From the NCBI GenBank assembly GCA_009921465.1, contig RFXS01000001.1:1-52111 (forward strand): DNA of 52,111 nt, written 5' to 3'. Of the stretch, positions 50,982-52,111 are shown piece after piece. A program made the position numbers and the translations under genes. The notes beneath the pieces are model-generated. The model saw only the letters and a list, made by a program, of their open reading frames with translations. It searched no databases and was not told where the DNA came from. This DNA is from Betaproteobacteria bacterium (GTDB taxonomy: Bacteria; Pseudomonadota; Gammaproteobacteria; Burkholderiales; Burkholderiaceae_C). The first letter of the stretch is position 1; every line of letters begins with the position of its first letter.

Positions 50982-51998
50982 TTGTTGTCGGCTTGCCCTG
51001 GTAGCAGTGGGGATTCGAGCTCGACGACGACGACAACGATTTATGGCTTGGCATACGACACCGCCAATGCCAAGCTGTACATCGCCAACGCAGGTCGCAG
51101 CACCATCCAAAGCTTGGATCCTGCGGCACTGACCAACACACCGGTCACCCTCGCCGGTGGCGACAACGTGACGGGCACCACCAACGGCGACGGGACAGCC
51201 GCACGATTTAACAACCCGATGGGCTTGGTGATGACTGGGACAACTTTGGTGGTGGCGGACACTGGTAACAGCTTACTCAGGAAAATCACCTCACTGACTG
51301 GTACAAAAACCGTGGCCAATTACGCCACCGGTGGCTCGTTCAGCTACCCCATTGAAATGGTTGTTTCCACCACAGACATATACCTGGCTGACGCCAACAA
51401 CCACGCTATCAAGAAAATTTCACTGGCCAGTGAGTCCAGCGAAACTTGGGCAGGAACAGCGGGCACCTCAGGAACAACGACGTCCGTAACTCGCCTGAAT
51501 GCATTGTTTTATCAACCTACTGGGATTGCCATTGACACCGCTGGTACTGGGGTCATCTATATCAGTGATTCATCCAATCACACCATTCGAAAAATCGACA
51601 TTGCATCAGGTGCCGTGACCACCATTGCAGGTGTTGCTGGCACCAGTGGCTACAAAAATTCAGCCACTGGCACTTCGGCCAATTTTTATGTGCCCACCAG
51701 TTTGGTGTTCACCGGAAACGCCCTCTACGTGACGGATACTGGCAACCATGCCATCAGAAAAATTGACACGACCACCAATGCTGTCACCACGTTTGCTGGT
51801 AGCGCCGGAACCATAGATACAAGCCTGACTTCAACTTCGGGGAGCACAGACGGCACCAGCACAGCCGCCCGGTTTTATGCCCCCAGAGGGATTGCACTTA
51901 ACGGCACAACCCTGTACGTGGGGGACCAAGCAGGCACCAAATTGCGGCAAATTGATTTGGGCACGGGCGCAGTGACCACCTTCACCAAAACCTTCTAA
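50982..51998 (+). CDS. NHL-repeat six-bladed beta-propeller lipoprotein, 5' end truncated or atypical
   Basis: LLSA-C lipobox (Cys at 50994-50996), a Ser/Thr linker, then six repeats of type F-x-x-P-x-G...(L/I)Y(V/I)xD-x-x-N-x-x-IRKI. The only upstream in-frame ATG (50922) is inside the tRNA. Confidence 0.8.
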   Translation: MLSACPGSSGDSSSTTTTTIYGLAYDTANAKLYIANAGRSTIQSLDPAALTNTPVTLAGGDNVTGTTNGDGTAARFNNPMGLVMTGTTLVVADTGNSLLRKITSLTGTKTVANYATGGSFSYPIEMVVSTTDIYLADANNHAIKKISLASESSETWAGTAGTSGTTTSVTRLNALFYQPTGIAIDTAGTGVIYISDSSNHTIRKIDIASGAVTTIAGVAGTSGYKNSATGTSANFYVPTSLVFTGNALYVTDTGNHAIRKIDTTTNAVTTFAGSAGTIDTSLTSTSGSTDGTSTAARFYAPRGIALNGTTLYVGDQAGTKLRQIDLGTGAVTTFTKTF

Positions 51999-52019
51999 GC
52001 CCAGGGTCCTAACGAGACC

Positions 52020-52111
52020 TCAGAGCCCCAGCACCCGCTCGGCATTGCCGTGCATGATTTTTTCCATCACTTCGTCTTTGTAGCCCAGTTCGTTCCACTC
52101 TTTGAAGATGC
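52020..52111 (-). CDS. 3' end of an amidohydrolase_2 family protein (partial)
   Basis: Manual translation ...IFKEWNELGYKDEVMEKIMHGNAERVLGL*; KIxxxNAxRxL is the usual C-terminus of this family. Confidence 0.65.
   Translation of the reverse strand, partial: IFKEWNELGYKDEVMEKIMHGNAERVLGL

Noticed and set aside
1-52111. CRISPR array, IS element, integrase, prophage, retron or other defence system
   Set aside because: No regularly spaced repeats, terminal inverted repeats or corresponding protein motifs were seen; nearly all of the sequence is explained by housekeeping genes.

Overview
Mostly core-genome DNA from a moderately GC-rich betaproteobacterium; gene order and protein sequences suggest Burkholderiales/Comamonadaceae (inference). 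From left to right: (1) a microaerobic respiration block: a partial DsbD_2/TauE-like gene, hemN, fnr, the cbb3 oxidase cluster ccoNOQP-G-H with ccoI/ccoS, and a usp gene, with four recognisable FNR boxes; (2) queG / tsaE-amidase-mutL-miaA, interrupted by a quinone reductase, a DedA and an MFS gene; (3) the nuoA-N complex I operon; (4) tRNA-Leu, secG, tpiA, pnp and rpsO; (5) an aminotransferase, an ABC binding protein, hsp20, tsaD, ybiB-cobA, prfB (programmed +1 frameshift), pepN, fbp and tRNA-Thr(CGT); (6) a lower-GC NHL-propeller lipoprotein gene and the 3' end of an amidohydrolase. I saw no integrase, transposase, prophage, CRISPR array or defence system, and I cannot support a clearly new multi-gene system. 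The two strongest anomalies are these. First, nuoH lacks the conserved 'PRxRYDQ' segment and its true C-terminus lies in another frame (an internal deletion with frameshift, either real or an assembly artefact). Second, the NHL lipoprotein ORF has its lipobox about 25 nt after the tRNA-Thr CCA end, and its only upstream in-frame ATG lies inside the tRNA. A single FNR box placed symmetrically between divergent ccoI and usp promoters is also notable.
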